64,000 bases of DNA, from assembly GCA_000002445.1 (NCBI GenBank), contig CH464492.1, forward strand, positions 1 through 64,000, in the 5' to 3' direction. Position numbers and translations under genes: made by a program. Shown in pieces: positions 24,765 to 35,491 of this stretch (the first letter of the stretch is position 1; each line of letters begins with the position of its first letter). This DNA is from Trypanosoma brucei (Eukaryota). The notes beneath the pieces were generated by a model that saw nothing but the letters and a program-made list of their open reading frames with translations, searched no databases and was not told where the DNA came from.

Positions 24765-25343
24765 TTATCCACATCGGTTGTAAGATTGGTACCGAGTAGC
24801 AGCGAGGTGAAGTTGCCATGGATTCCGTTGAAGTGGGAGTAGAGAGAAGTGATATTTGACATCATCCCACACAGTTCTTTCGATCTCAGCAATGGCCGTA
24901 TAATATTTACTTGCCTTTATGAGGGCATCAGGTATTTCTTTTCTCACTGCCCTCACACTTTCATTAACCTCAGAAAATAATCCACCTACCTTAGCTACAA
25001 GGTCTCCCAATATATTTCCATAAGATATAAGCTTTTCTAGTTTATCATGTTTCCCCTCCATTACACCACTAATAACACTCAAATATCTAACACTTTCACC
25101 TGCTTTTCCTTCCATATCATCCAGCATACGAGATGCATTTGCGTATACTTCCTCATTCACAAGCATTCTCTGCTCTCCACCAGTGTATAAGCTGTTTAAT
25201 GCATCCGAAAGACAACGGAGATAACACACGGACTCATGTAAATTTTTGCCTTCATAATCATCCACCAACGTACATCTCTCCTCTCCGTTAATACAAATTG
25301 AAAAAAATATTAAGATAAAAAATTCCACAACAACAACGTTCAT
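24765..25343 (-). CDS. Hypothetical 192-aa protein with N-terminal hydrophobic signal/anchor; family not recognised
   Basis: Clean ORF MNVVVVEFFILIFFSICINGEERCTLVDDYEGKNLHESVCYLRC… in the non-VSG island. I recognise no homology. Confidence 0.35.
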   Translation of the reverse strand: MNVVVVEFFILIFFSICINGEERCTLVDDYEGKNLHESVCYLRCLSDALNSLYTGGEQRMLVNEEVYANASRMLDDMEGKAGESVRYLSVISGVMEGKHDKLEKLISYGNILGDLVAKVGGLFSEVNESVRAVRKEIPDALIKASKYYTAIAEIERTVWDDVKYHFSLLPLQRNPWQLHLAATRYQSYNRCG

Positions 25344-26995
25344 TACCTAGAATTTCCTAAACAGGACACAAAAAGTGAGAGATACGAGCATATCATACTC
25401 AGCAGCTATCAAAGACGTGCAATGAGAATTAACAAATAGCCCTCACAACACCGTCTAAAAACACACAAACAATATTTCTGAAAAAAGTATTTAACCAACT
25501 AGTACAGTGCGCTTCTTAACTGCAAATTCCTTATCATCTATAATACCAGTAGCAATGTCACCTTCGTATTTACCCACATCCTTCCTGAAGTATTTGCGTT
25601 CAATCATGTTTCAGGTCAGCATTCGTTTTATTTACTTCGGCTAGTAGAGTTGCTAAAGTGGCTGGTTTAGATTGCTTTATACCAACTATAGCGCATCCGC
25701 TAAGCATTGCCAGTTTTCCTGCACCAGCCAAAATTCGGCCTATGATGCACAGTAGAAGCGCACAACGGGTTTTCATTGCACAAACTCCGTGGCACACCGG
25801 TGCGCCAACATATTTTTGTACTCCTCATTTCCATTCCTTGTATCCTCGACATGTTTTTGAAGCAGAAGACTCATAAACATAATCCCCTCACCTACACGGT
25901 ACATTTGTATGCATCCCTTCGCACAAAGCGACCGACCTCACGTTCCGTACTGGAGTAATGTTATTGGACGGTAAAGCTTCTCATCACAGGAACAGGTGCT
26001 GCACACCGTGTTTAATGGCAATAGCATATCCGACACATGTTTGTGAAGGTGAAAACCACGTCAAACATGCAGAGATCTTTCTGCTTTCGCTTTACGAATG
26101 ATCCGTGCAATACAGTCAGACCATGGCACCACAGAAATTTGCGCGAGTGCAACCCGTCACGCCCTGTTTTTACTTCACATACGCGGCGCACACGCACATC
26201 CACACCTGCACGAGCGAGCACATCAAAAAAAAAGGAAAGATAATATCGTGACCACACATCGGTCGACATAACCGATGCATCCACTCATAGGTCGTACATT
26301 AGCGCGTGCCGGAGCAAGTATGCACTTATATTTGGGAATGGGAGTATGTATTAAAATGTAAAAATGCAATTGCTAAAGGGTGTAAATATCAATTTCGGCG
26401 TTGATGAGATTGTTATCGAATAGCAGTGATTTAAAGTTTTCGTGGATGGCATGGAAGTGAGAGCATAAATCCTCTACTTCGTTAACCGGGGGATAAAGAG
26501 CGGATGGCAGTAAAAAGGCAGCAAAGGACTTGATCAAAGGGATGACAATTTTGACAACGTAGATTTGGAGGATAAAACAATCACCGTCTCCCCTATCTCC
26601 GTTACTGCTCCATCGCAAAAGGTCTCCCACGTGGCCCTCGTATACTCACACGACAACCTATTCTTGTAATATTTACCCAATGACTAGCGCTTTGCTTTTA
26701 TTGCTTCTTAAATACTAACCGAGGGAAACTTAACCCTATGGAAAAATGCCACCCTAATCACCACCACTTCACTCCTCGTTGTACAGTTAACGTGGCTTGT
26801 CTCCAGTGTGGAGAAAATAGAAAAACTGGTGGAGCTATTACTAGACAAGGACGGTTCTGACACATAAATGTTTCATTAAACGTATACTTACAGTTAAAAA
26901 TACCCACGTTTCTTACTGAAATACAGACTTCAACTATTCTTCAAGTTAAACTTTATTCTCACACATTAGCTTTTCCAGGCCTTAACGTTGCATAT

Positions 26996-27771
26996 TTTTT
27001 TTTGAAATTTTCTTCGTGCCTTTGTAAGAGTTTCCCCCCACTGGCGCGGCCATCAGCCATCACCGTAGAGCCCTGAGATGCTATCGGTCTGGCGACTGTG
27101 GCAGAGTCTCCCTTTTTTGTTCAGCCTAACACACACTCTATAATTTTTTGTTGTAGCTCCGCAGATGAACGGAATACAGCAGATGGAGCAGAAAGCCCCC
27201 CACCCCTGACTCTCCAAAAGATGTCAATTAGCAATCCTTTTGTTTTGATTTTTGTTATTCGTTTATTATTCTCTCCCCCTCTTTCTGTTTTTGTTGCTTG
27301 TTGACTGCATACCCTCTCTGTCTCTGAGGGTGTCTGGACTATTCCTGCGTCCGGTGCTTTTCCTGCTAGCTCTACACTCTCGGCAATAAGGGGGGGAAGT
27401 TGCAGAATGGAGAGTGGGTTGTATGACTGTTACATTAGGTGAGGACTTCACCTGCGGCCGGCTCCGTTCAACCGCAATGAGAAACTGTGCCAGCCTTTTA
27501 GAGAAACATACATCCCGCACACACACACCTTCTACCGCAAACCTAACACGTAACTCCTTCAAACCGGGACAGCTCATCAAGTGCAGCGACGTTTCTTCGC
27601 AGTCGCCGCGTTGGCTGGTAACAGCGCACTCTACCTTCATACCGTGCATCTTCTTTTGATGTAGGGTGAGGCCAGTTTTGCTAGCACACTGCCTTCCGCA
27701 TGTCGGGCACACCAACATGGATGTGTTTGTATGCGGGGGAATCAGTGGGAAAACATTTTGTGCTTTTGCTG
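26996..27771 (-). mobile_element. ingi: ingi 3' end fragment (C2H2 zinc-finger region plus 3' RIME half plus poly(A)), cut off by an assembly gap
   Basis: TTTTTTTTTGAAATTTTCTTCGTGCC…CCACTGGCGCGGCCATCAGCCATCACCGTAGAGCCCTGAGATGCTATCGGTCTGGCGACTGTGGCAGAGTCTCCC is the reverse complement of the ingi 3' terminus. ORF 27266..27718(-) is MLVCPTCGRQCASKTGLTLHQKKMHG…. Nearly identical to 29641-30420 and 52665-53440. Confidence 0.85.
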
Positions 27772-27886
27772 NATTTAAGCTCGACTNNNNNNNNNNNNNN
27801 NNNNNNNNNNNNNNNNNNNNNNNNNNNNNNNNNNNNNNNNNNNNNNNNNNNNNNNNNNNNNNNNNNNNNNNNNNNNNNNNNNNNNN
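27772..27886. other. Assembly gap (N run)
   Basis: Run of n characters. Confidence 1.
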
Positions 27887-28602
27887 CAGACGCCCAACTT
27901 TTTAGCAGCAACGACCCGGCAGCAAGCTGCAGCGAAGCAACAGCGCCAGCCGGGACTGAACCACCAGGAAGCACAAAGCGGATAAAGCACACACTTTGCC
28001 AGGCGCTAAAAACATATAAAGCTTCCCTGGGAAGCACAGATGCGATTTCCGGCCAGGTACTTAAGCATAGCAACCTCGTGCTTAACTACCTAAGGAACTG
28101 CATCCCAAAGTACTCCAACATCAAAAAGCCTGAAGATGCAATAGAGGCGAAGGCTTTAATAGAATTTGTGGATAAAACATACGGCGAAAGCAACGAAAAG
28201 TTCAAAGAAATGTTCGTCACTCCACTCACAACAGCCAAGGCAGCAATTCGCTTGAATGAAAAAACAGAGCCGAAAGAAATCGCGAACATGGTGTCAGTGG
28301 AAGATAGAGCCGCAGCAATAAGCCACAATGAAGGTATGAGAAACGCCAAGGAACTTGAAGCCGACAAGAAGAATACAGTAGCCACTCCAGCAACAGATCT
28401 GGCCAAAAAATCAGAGGATTGCAAAGGCGAAAAAGACGAAACTAAATGCAACAATAAGGGTGGATGCGAATTCAAAGATGGGGAGTGCAAAATCAAAGTG
28501 ACAACAGCAACAGAGACAAATGGCAAGACTACAAACACCACAGGAAGCAATTCTTTTTTCATTAAAACTTCCCCTCTTTTGCTTGCATTTTTGATTCTAT
28601 AA
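27887..28602 (+). pseudogene. VSG 3' half (C-terminal domain plus canonical GPI signal) beginning at the gap edge
   Basis: …DCKGEKDETKCNNKGGCEFKDGECKIKVTTATETNGKTTNTTGSNSFFIKTSPLLLAFLIL*. The upstream part is missing or hidden in the gap. Confidence 0.7.
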
Positions 28603-28849
28603 TTAATTGTTAAAGGGTTTTTCCTCAAATTTATGAATTTATAAAACTTGCTATTTTGAGAAAAATTGGTACACCTATTGTAACACGATATATTTTAAGG
28701 ATTTTTGACGAAAGGTTCAAGACTATTGAGAATTATAGTATAATGTGTATCACGGTAGCATATGTGTACAAGGTATTATAGTTGTAGGGTATGAAAATTG
28801 ATTTCTATTCTCATTTGGTTAATCTTGTTTATATTATGGATATTGGTTA

Positions 28850-28915
28850 GTTTATAATAATAACAATTTTAGTAGTGTGTTGTGAGTGTGTATATACGAA
28901 TATTATAATAAGGGT
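28850..28915 (+). repeat. 70-bp repeat unit
   Basis: TAATAATAACAATTTTAGTAGTGTGTTGTGAGTGTGTATATACGAATATTATAATAAGGG. Confidence 0.7.
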
Positions 28916-30097
28916 GGTGGTTGTACAAACCTAAAAGTTAAGAAAAATAGAATCACTTCAAACAATTGCATAGGCAAATGTGAATACGAGAGGGAGTGAG
29001 CAATGGAAGGGGAGAGGAAAGGAAATCGTGTATTTGCAGTGCCAAACTCAAAAACTTCGACAGTCATAGACTTACACATTGGGATAAAGATAATAAAGAA
29101 AAGGGAGTGGCATGGTTCAGTGTATATATTGATGAGATAGACATTTTCTCTGCAATGAAAGTAAAAGAAAGCTAAAAGAAAGGAAATAGTTTCGAGGGAA
29201 ATAAATGGATGAGCTAGACCACGGTGCAAACGCACATGATACAGGAGGCGCAAACATCGATATCAATTATTTTGCTTACAAGTAGAGAGATGGACATGCA
29301 GAGAAGAAAATAGTTGGACCGTAGTTTTTAGTCTGATGATGCAACACAACGTAAAATGTTGAGAACAGGGGGCGGCAATTGTTGAATGGATGAGGGATAT
29401 TTAGTGTCGCAAGGAATAAAGAAGTGGGACACAGGGAAAGAGAGAGTAGAGCCTATTTTGAACTTAATACGTAAACTAATTGAATACTATCAGCTATTAT
29501 CACTGGAGGATTTCCGTTTTCATTCGTATGTAAAACCTTGGCAAAACAACCACACCAGAGCTTTATAGGGGGAAAGTGTATCAAGGCAATTTTGTAGAAA
29601 AGAAAAAACCACAACCTTCATACACGAACCTAATTGTGCTGCAATACTTTTTTTTTTAAATTTTCTTCGTGCCTTCGTGAGAGTTTCCCCCCACTGGCGC
29701 GGCCATCAGCCATCACCGTAGAGCCCTGAGATGCTATCGGTCTGGCAACTGTGGTAGAGTCTCCCTTTTTTTATTCAGCCTAACACACTCTCTATAATTT
29801 TTGTTGTAGCTCCACAGTTGAACGGAATACAGCAGATGGGGCGAGAAGCCCCCCACCCCAGACTCTCCCAAAGATGTCAATTAGCAATCCTTTTGTTTTG
29901 ATTTTTGTTATTCGTTTATTATTCTCTCCCCCTCTTTCTGTTTGTGTTGCTTGTTGATTGCATACCTCCTCTGTCTCTGAGGGTGTCTGGACTATTCCTG
30001 CGTCCGGTGCTTTTCCTGCTAGCTACACTCTCGGCAATAAGGGGGGAAGTTGCAGAAGGGAGAGTGGGTTGTATGACTGTTACATTAGGTGAGGACT

Positions 30098-31636
30098 TCA
30101 CCTGCGGCCGGCTCCGTTCAACCGCAATGAGAAACTGTGCCAGCCTTTTAGAGAAACATATATCCTGCACACACACACACCTTCTACCGCAAACCCGACA
30201 CGTAACTCCTTCAAACTGGGACAGCTCATCAAGTGCAGCGACGTTTCTTCGCAGTCGCCGCGTTGGCTGGTAACAGCACGCTCTACCTTCATACCGTGCA
30301 TCTTCTTTTGATGTAGGGTGAGGCCAGTTTTGCTAGCACACTGCCTTCCGCATGTCGGGCACACCAACATGGATGTGTTTGTATGCGGGGAATCAGTGGC
30401 ACACAATTTTGTGCTTTTGCTGCATTTAAGCTCGACTCCCTCACCTTTGTGGAAAGCCTTACAGTGTCGGATGAGGGAGTTCCTGCAACTGAGCACTTTT
30501 TGGCACACACCACACTGCACCTCGCCTTTCCCCGGGACGTCAACGTTTCCCTCACGGGTACACTTACGAGGGAATTGCACCACCACCACGGTACCGTCCT
30601 CCGTCACTATGCTCTTATGCTTGAATTTCTTGTGTAGTGACAGGGAAGAGCGTGTACCGAAGCTCGCCTCGCACAGGTCACATTTAAACGGCAGCTTCCG
30701 TGTATCCTGAGAGGCTGGCGCTGCTGGGACGCTACCATCTCCTTGCACTGAGTCCTCGTTCTCTCGCCTCCTTTTCACGCGGCAACTACCGCTACCTATG
30801 CCATGTATTGTTCTAAGGTGGTGTAATAGTCGGCCTGGCACTGCGAATTTGGAGGCACATAGTGTACAATGAAGCACCTGCGGTCTCATCGGGACTCGTG
30901 TGCTCGATGGTAAAGGAACGATCGCCACCACTGGAGGGGGCTCCGGGGGGATATCCACTGCAGGTGTTACATCGTCGTATTTGATCCTCCGGAGGGCATC
31001 AGCTCGCACAAAGCCGTTTTTGTTTACCATATGCGTTACAGCACTCGAGCGGCATTGGTATGTGGTATCACATTCCGTACATTTGGTCGGTTCGGAGGTT
31101 CTCTGAAGAGTGCGTGTCGCAACAGTTGGGGTTGTTTGTGTTTGTATTGTTGGCCCTATCGCTGCATGTTTCTGGTTACACCATCGGCACTGTGGAGACA
31201 CACTCGGGTTGATCTTTCGCAACATCCATCCATAGTATCTTGAAGACCCAACACGAAAGCGTGCCAGTGCCGTTTCTTCTTCCCTCGTTAGTTCTTCTTT
31301 ATGTTTTGTTGGAAAGTGGTTGCCAGTGATACCAAACCTATGAGTGTTCTCATGGACTTCTTCCGACCTAAGCACTCGCTTCGCATAAGCAATGATGTCG
31401 GGGATCCATGTGTCTCGCAAGTGTGGTAAACCAGCGGCCTTTTTGGTCATGTCATCGCAAACCTCATTCCGTTTCACGCCACAATGGACGAACACAAATT
31501 GCAGTCGGATAAGCACCTTCCTTCTCTGAACTTGAAGCAGAAGCCTCCATAGTCGTCTCAGAATTGGGTCCGTTACGGCTAGGGGGCCTGTCTGCAGTGC
31601 TTTTAACATTGACAGCGAGTCAGAGAAAATAGACAA
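30098..31636 (-). CDS. ingi ORF segment: RNase H-like domain plus five C2H2 zinc fingers
   Basis: …FVHCGVKRNEVCDDMTKKAA… (RNase H motif); CTECDTTYQCRSSAVTHM; HCTLCASKFAVPGRLLHHLRTIH; FKCDLCEASFGTRSSLSLHKKFKH; CGVCQKVLSCRNSLIRHCKAFH; CPTCGRQCASKTGLTLHQKKMH. Confidence 0.85.
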   Translation of the reverse strand: MSIFSDSLSMLKALQTGPLAVTDPILRRLWRLLLQVQRRKVLIRLQFVFVHCGVKRNEVCDDMTKKAAGLPHLRDTWIPDIIAYAKRVLRSEEVHENTHRFGITGNHFPTKHKEELTREEETALARFRVGSSRYYGWMLRKINPSVSPQCRWCNQKHAAIGPTIQTQTTPTVATRTLQRTSEPTKCTECDTTYQCRSSAVTHMVNKNGFVRADALRRIKYDDVTPAVDIPPEPPPVVAIVPLPSSTRVPMRPQVLHCTLCASKFAVPGRLLHHLRTIHGIGSGSCRVKRRRENEDSVQGDGSVPAAPASQDTRKLPFKCDLCEASFGTRSSLSLHKKFKHKSIVTEDGTVVVVQFPRKCTREGNVDVPGKGEVQCGVCQKVLSCRNSLIRHCKAFHKGEGVELKCSKSTKLCATDSPHTNTSMLVCPTCGRQCASKTGLTLHQKKMHGMKVERAVTSQRGDCEETSLHLMSCPSLKELRVGFAVEGVCVCRIYVSLKGWHSFSLRLNGAGRR

Positions 31637-32400
31637 CCTGCTCGGTGTGCTTCTGCATACCGGAAGCCATTTCAGCAGCCGTTGCAGTCCTATCTCTAAT
31701 GCTACGCATTCCGCTCTGTAACTGCATGAGAGTTCCCCTGCTCCGGTCTTGGGTGCACGAATCAGCGCTCGCTTCTATAGAGCAGGGCAGCTGCCTCGGA
31801 CTTCTCACCGAGGGACACGGATCCATCAGTCCACAATTCGTAGTGCTCTCGCCGCGGTGGCTCCTTCCCCCTCCGTGCAAAATGCCGTTCAATCCACTTT
31901 TCGGAAGCCTCTCTTTTGGCATCGTCAGGGTCATCAGCGCACGCAGGCTTTATCTGCGTGTGAAATAGTGATCGGCAGCTGTGGCGGAGCGTCGATGTCT
32001 CTAGTAGGTGCTCGCGTGGCTCAATGCGGAGGTGAAGGTAAGACCGCATGGTGCGGGAATGTAGGGCTTTGACTAGATGTTTGCTGTGGTATACTTCCTC
32101 AGCACTGCGCCGCAAACATCCGCCTCGTGACTCACACATCAGCATGAATTTCATGCTGCGCACAAGAGTGGTCGTCTTGAGTGGCAGGAGGTTTGCCTCC
32201 AGCAGAGAGTCCTCTTTGCGCGTCCCATGGGGTATGCCAGCTATGATGCAACTGGCTTTGTGTTGTGCTGCTGAAAGGAGGTCCCGACTTCGTTCCGAAG
32301 CGTCCCAGTACCATACCTCAATGCCATACATGGTGTGTGCCTGTACGAGTGCTAGATAAAGAGCTCTCAACACTTGTCGTCTTGGCCCCCATGTAGAAGC

Positions 32401-34065
32401 TTATATGGCTGCTATCTGCAGTAGTCTGAAGTTCATCTTGCGTCTCGTTTCGGCCGCATGTGTTTCCATCCCTTGCAGACACTGGAATGTTACTCCTAGA
32501 AGCTTCGGTGTCCCGTCAGCTCCTATTCTTTCGCCGTCCAGTTGCAATGTAAGGGGGTGGCGCTCTGTACACCCGAAGAGTGTGCACTTTGTTTTCGCTA
32601 TATTGACAGACATGAAGTACTCTTTTGACCACTGTAACATCACGTTTAGGCCGCATTGTAGTGTGTGGTTGATGACATCCCTCTCTGTGTGCCTCGCAAG
32701 AGCGTCAGGTCGTCTGCAAAGAATCCGTGCTGCAGTAACGGCACTTCTGCAAGGCGTTGGCTCAACGAGTTCATGACAATAATGAACATGATTGGGCCAA
32801 GGACAGTTTCCTTGTGGCACTCCTCGCTCAAATGTTCTGCTGCTGGAAAGCTTCTCCTTGAATCTCACTCTGCCAGTTCGGTTACTCAGAAATGATACGC
32901 ACCACTTCACAATGTGGGGTGATACCTTCATTCTGTGCATTTCCCTCGCAATTTTGTCGTGGTCCACTGTATCAAATGCCTTCTCGTAGTCGACGAATAC
33001 AGCACCCGTACGATATTGGTGCGTGGGACGGCAGAGGGCAGCGCGGACGTGCAGGAGTTGTTCGAGTGTTGAGCATCCGGGGCAAAAGCCTGATTGCTGC
33101 GGCGTCAGCTGGGACTCAACAGTGTCTCTAAGTCTCGCGGCAATTATGCACTCCATGACTTTGCAGAGACAGCTCGTGAGCGTCACAGGCCTGTAAGAAT
33201 CGAGGTCCTCCCACTTTTTTCCGGCCTTCAGGATGGGGATGATAACACCAGTCTTCCATGCAGACGGCACGACTCCCGTTCGTAGGCTCTCATTGAATAG
33301 CCTCAGAACAACATTCAGTGCTGTTCTACCGAGATGTTGCAGTGCCTCGTTGTATAAGCAATCAGGTCCGGGTGCGGATCCACTCGGAAGCAGTTTGATC
33401 GATCTCCGTAGTTCAGCCATCGTGATGGGACTGAACTCACTCGCTATCGTCTTTATGGGTGCCGGTGGGTGTGAGTCGGGGTGCCTTCTTGCGCGGGACG
33501 AGTACAGTTTACTGAACCTCTCAGCTTGACGGTAGTCCGTGATGGCCGCGTTATCAACAAGCACAGCCGGTGTGGTTAGTGGTCGTGGTGCATATACCTT
33601 CTTGACAATGTGCCAACTGCAGCGGTCTGACACCGCAAGTCTGGAGCATAGCGTGCTCCATCTCTTCTTTGTGGTACGGTCCAGGATCTGCTTACGCGTG
33701 GCTACCAACTTTTCCCTTCTGTGGGAGGGTCCGCATCCAGCGATCTCTTCATCGAGTTTCGGGAGTGTATGTGTCCAATGTGGTGGCGTTGCTCTGCAGC
33801 CACGGGGGACGGAGACCTTCGTCGCAATGCGGATGGCGGAGCTCAATTTCTGTTCCAGGGTGTTGACGTTCTTCTCTCTACCAATTTTCCTGCAGAGCTC
33901 GTCAACCTTGAGACGGAAATTCCTCCAGTCAGCTTTTAGCCATGCGTACATGGGCTTTCGAAGCCGCGGGCAACTCAGTGCATCTGTGTCGTCTCCAACG
34001 ATAACGTCGAAAAATATGTGATGGTGATCGCTATCGGGAGAATACAGCGATGTCCACGTGTACAC
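32401..34065 (-). CDS. ingi ORF segment: reverse transcriptase domain
   Basis: …VFVDYEKAFDTVDHDKIAREMHRMKV… (RT motifs). The adjacent ORF 32646..32831(-) contains …HGFFADDLTLL… (YXDD-type active site). Confidence 0.85.
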   Translation of the reverse strand: MYTWTSLYSPDSDHHHIFFDVIVGDDTDALSCPRLRKPMYAWLKADWRNFRLKVDELCRKIGREKNVNTLEQKLSSAIRIATKVSVPRGCRATPPHWTHTLPKLDEEIAGCGPSHRREKLVATRKQILDRTTKKRWSTLCSRLAVSDRCSWHIVKKVYAPRPLTTPAVLVDNAAITDYRQAERFSKLYSSRARRHPDSHPPAPIKTIASEFSPITMAELRRSIKLLPSGSAPGPDCLYNEALQHLGRTALNVVLRLFNESLRTGVVPSAWKTGVIIPILKAGKKWEDLDSYRPVTLTSCLCKVMECIIAARLRDTVESQLTPQQSGFCPGCSTLEQLLHVRAALCRPTHQYRTGAVFVDYEKAFDTVDHDKIAREMHRMKVSPHIVKWCVSFLSNRTGRVRFKEKLSSSRTFERGVPQGNCPWPNHVHYCHELVEPTPCRSAVTAARILCRRPDALARHTERDVINHTLQCGLNVMLQWSKEYFMSVNIAKTKCTLFGCTERHPLTLQLDGERIGADGTPKLLGVTFQCLQGMETHAAETRRKMNFRLLQIAAI

Positions 34066-35491
34066 TGTGCAATTCCTTCACAGTGTCACATCAGGGCTGG
34101 ACTCCCCGTGGTGGCGTGCGTACCTGGTGCACTCACCAGTGTTGCAGACCAGAAACTGGTTGTCAATGCACCACTGTGTGAGGGTTTCACCCTTGGTATT
34201 TGGTGAGCTCGCGCGATCCCATGCCAACGCGTGTACGTTAGCGTCTGCACCGATGAGCTGGACACCGTCAGTCGACAGAAGCGTATCTATGTCATTTTCC
34301 GTGAAGTTGTGTTTTGGTGGGATGTATGCCGACGTGACGGTCAGCGCCTTTCCATGTGTAAGGTGAATTGTTCCATGCACTTGTTCAATGCGACCAACAA
34401 CGGCCATACCGGTCTCGACTGGTAGGTCTTCCCTCACTAGTATTGATACACCACCTCCTTTGCAGTTACGAGCTATTCCGTGATGTTGGTAGCCATCAAC
34501 GCTAAAGCAAGCGGCTTCTCAAGGCGTCATCCTTGTCTCGCTCAACAGACAAAAGGCGATCCGCTCATCAACAAGGGTTTTGTGGAGTGCTAATCTCTTT
34601 CCTTGAGATAGCCCGGCGCAGTTCCACTGCATCCCGCGCAACGACAGGCCGGGATTCTCTTCCACATCACCGGACAGCAGCATCTTAGTGCGGATGATAT
34701 TGCTGATGGCACGCTGGCACGTGCCTAGGGACCGACAAATGAAAAAGTGTGTGTCCCAGCAAGACGCTGCTGATCCCTGTGCTGTATGATGCCGTAGCCG
34801 GAGCAAAGCAGTGTTCCCCATGAAAGGAACGCTGCTGGATCTTGGCTTCCCCCGATGATACGGGGTACTGGACCCTGGCACCACGTTGAGGTGGCCGGCA
34901 TCGCCAGGGAAGAAAAGAAGTCAGTTGTTACAGATGCCAAGTTTAATTTCTTCGATGAGTTTCTCGTTTCAATTATAAAACATGCCACACCTTATCTAAA
35001 TCCAAAATTTCAACATTTATGATCCTTAGTGGCCTCTATTAACTTAACTAATGTAGCTACCCCATTTGACCTGTACACTAATATTATTATCCCCATTGCT
35101 GTCCTCCGAATCATTTACATGAGTTAACAAGAGTAGCCATATTCATATTTGCTGTGAAACTGCGCATGTACCATATCTTTTCTTTTCCTCACCATTTCCA
35201 CTTATTTACTGCCTTTTTGCCGTGGCTCTGGTATATCCTATCATTATCATTATCCTTTCTATTATAACCCTAAATAACATCAATACAGAAAAAAAACTAA
35301 AGTAGTACAGGACTACTTTTTCATTTTTTCACTCTGCTAATTGTTCCCATAGTTCACCATGATACATATTACTTGAGTTATAAGATTTAAAAAAATCTCA
35401 ATATTTTCATTAATTTGCGTAGTTTTATCAAAAAGTATTTAAAAATATCAATCTTTAAAAAATTCTGTCAAAGTAGAAAATATTTCGTAAA

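Larger units (their letters stand above)
29641..34908 (-). mobile_element. ingi: Full-length ingi retrotransposon (about 5.27 kb), ORF disrupted by frameshifts
   Basis: 3' end (poly-T on the plus strand at 29641-29650 plus the RIME 3' half). ZnF/RNaseH ORF 30098..31636(-). RT ORF 32401..34065(-); the FADD motif is in ORF 32646..32831(-). APE-like ORF 34078..34437(-). 2A-like DVEENPG plus MQWNCAGLSQGKRLALHKTLVDE in ORF 34519..34884(-). RIME 5' terminus …CCCTGGCGATGCCGGCCACCTCAACGTGG… ends at 34908. Confidence 0.95.

Noticed and set aside
27666-28073. ORFs containing runs of X across N gaps (27666..27905, 27681..28073(-), 27700..28602, 43150..43485(-), 43193..43684, 44356..44619)
   Set aside because: They are translations through assembly gaps and are not interpretable.
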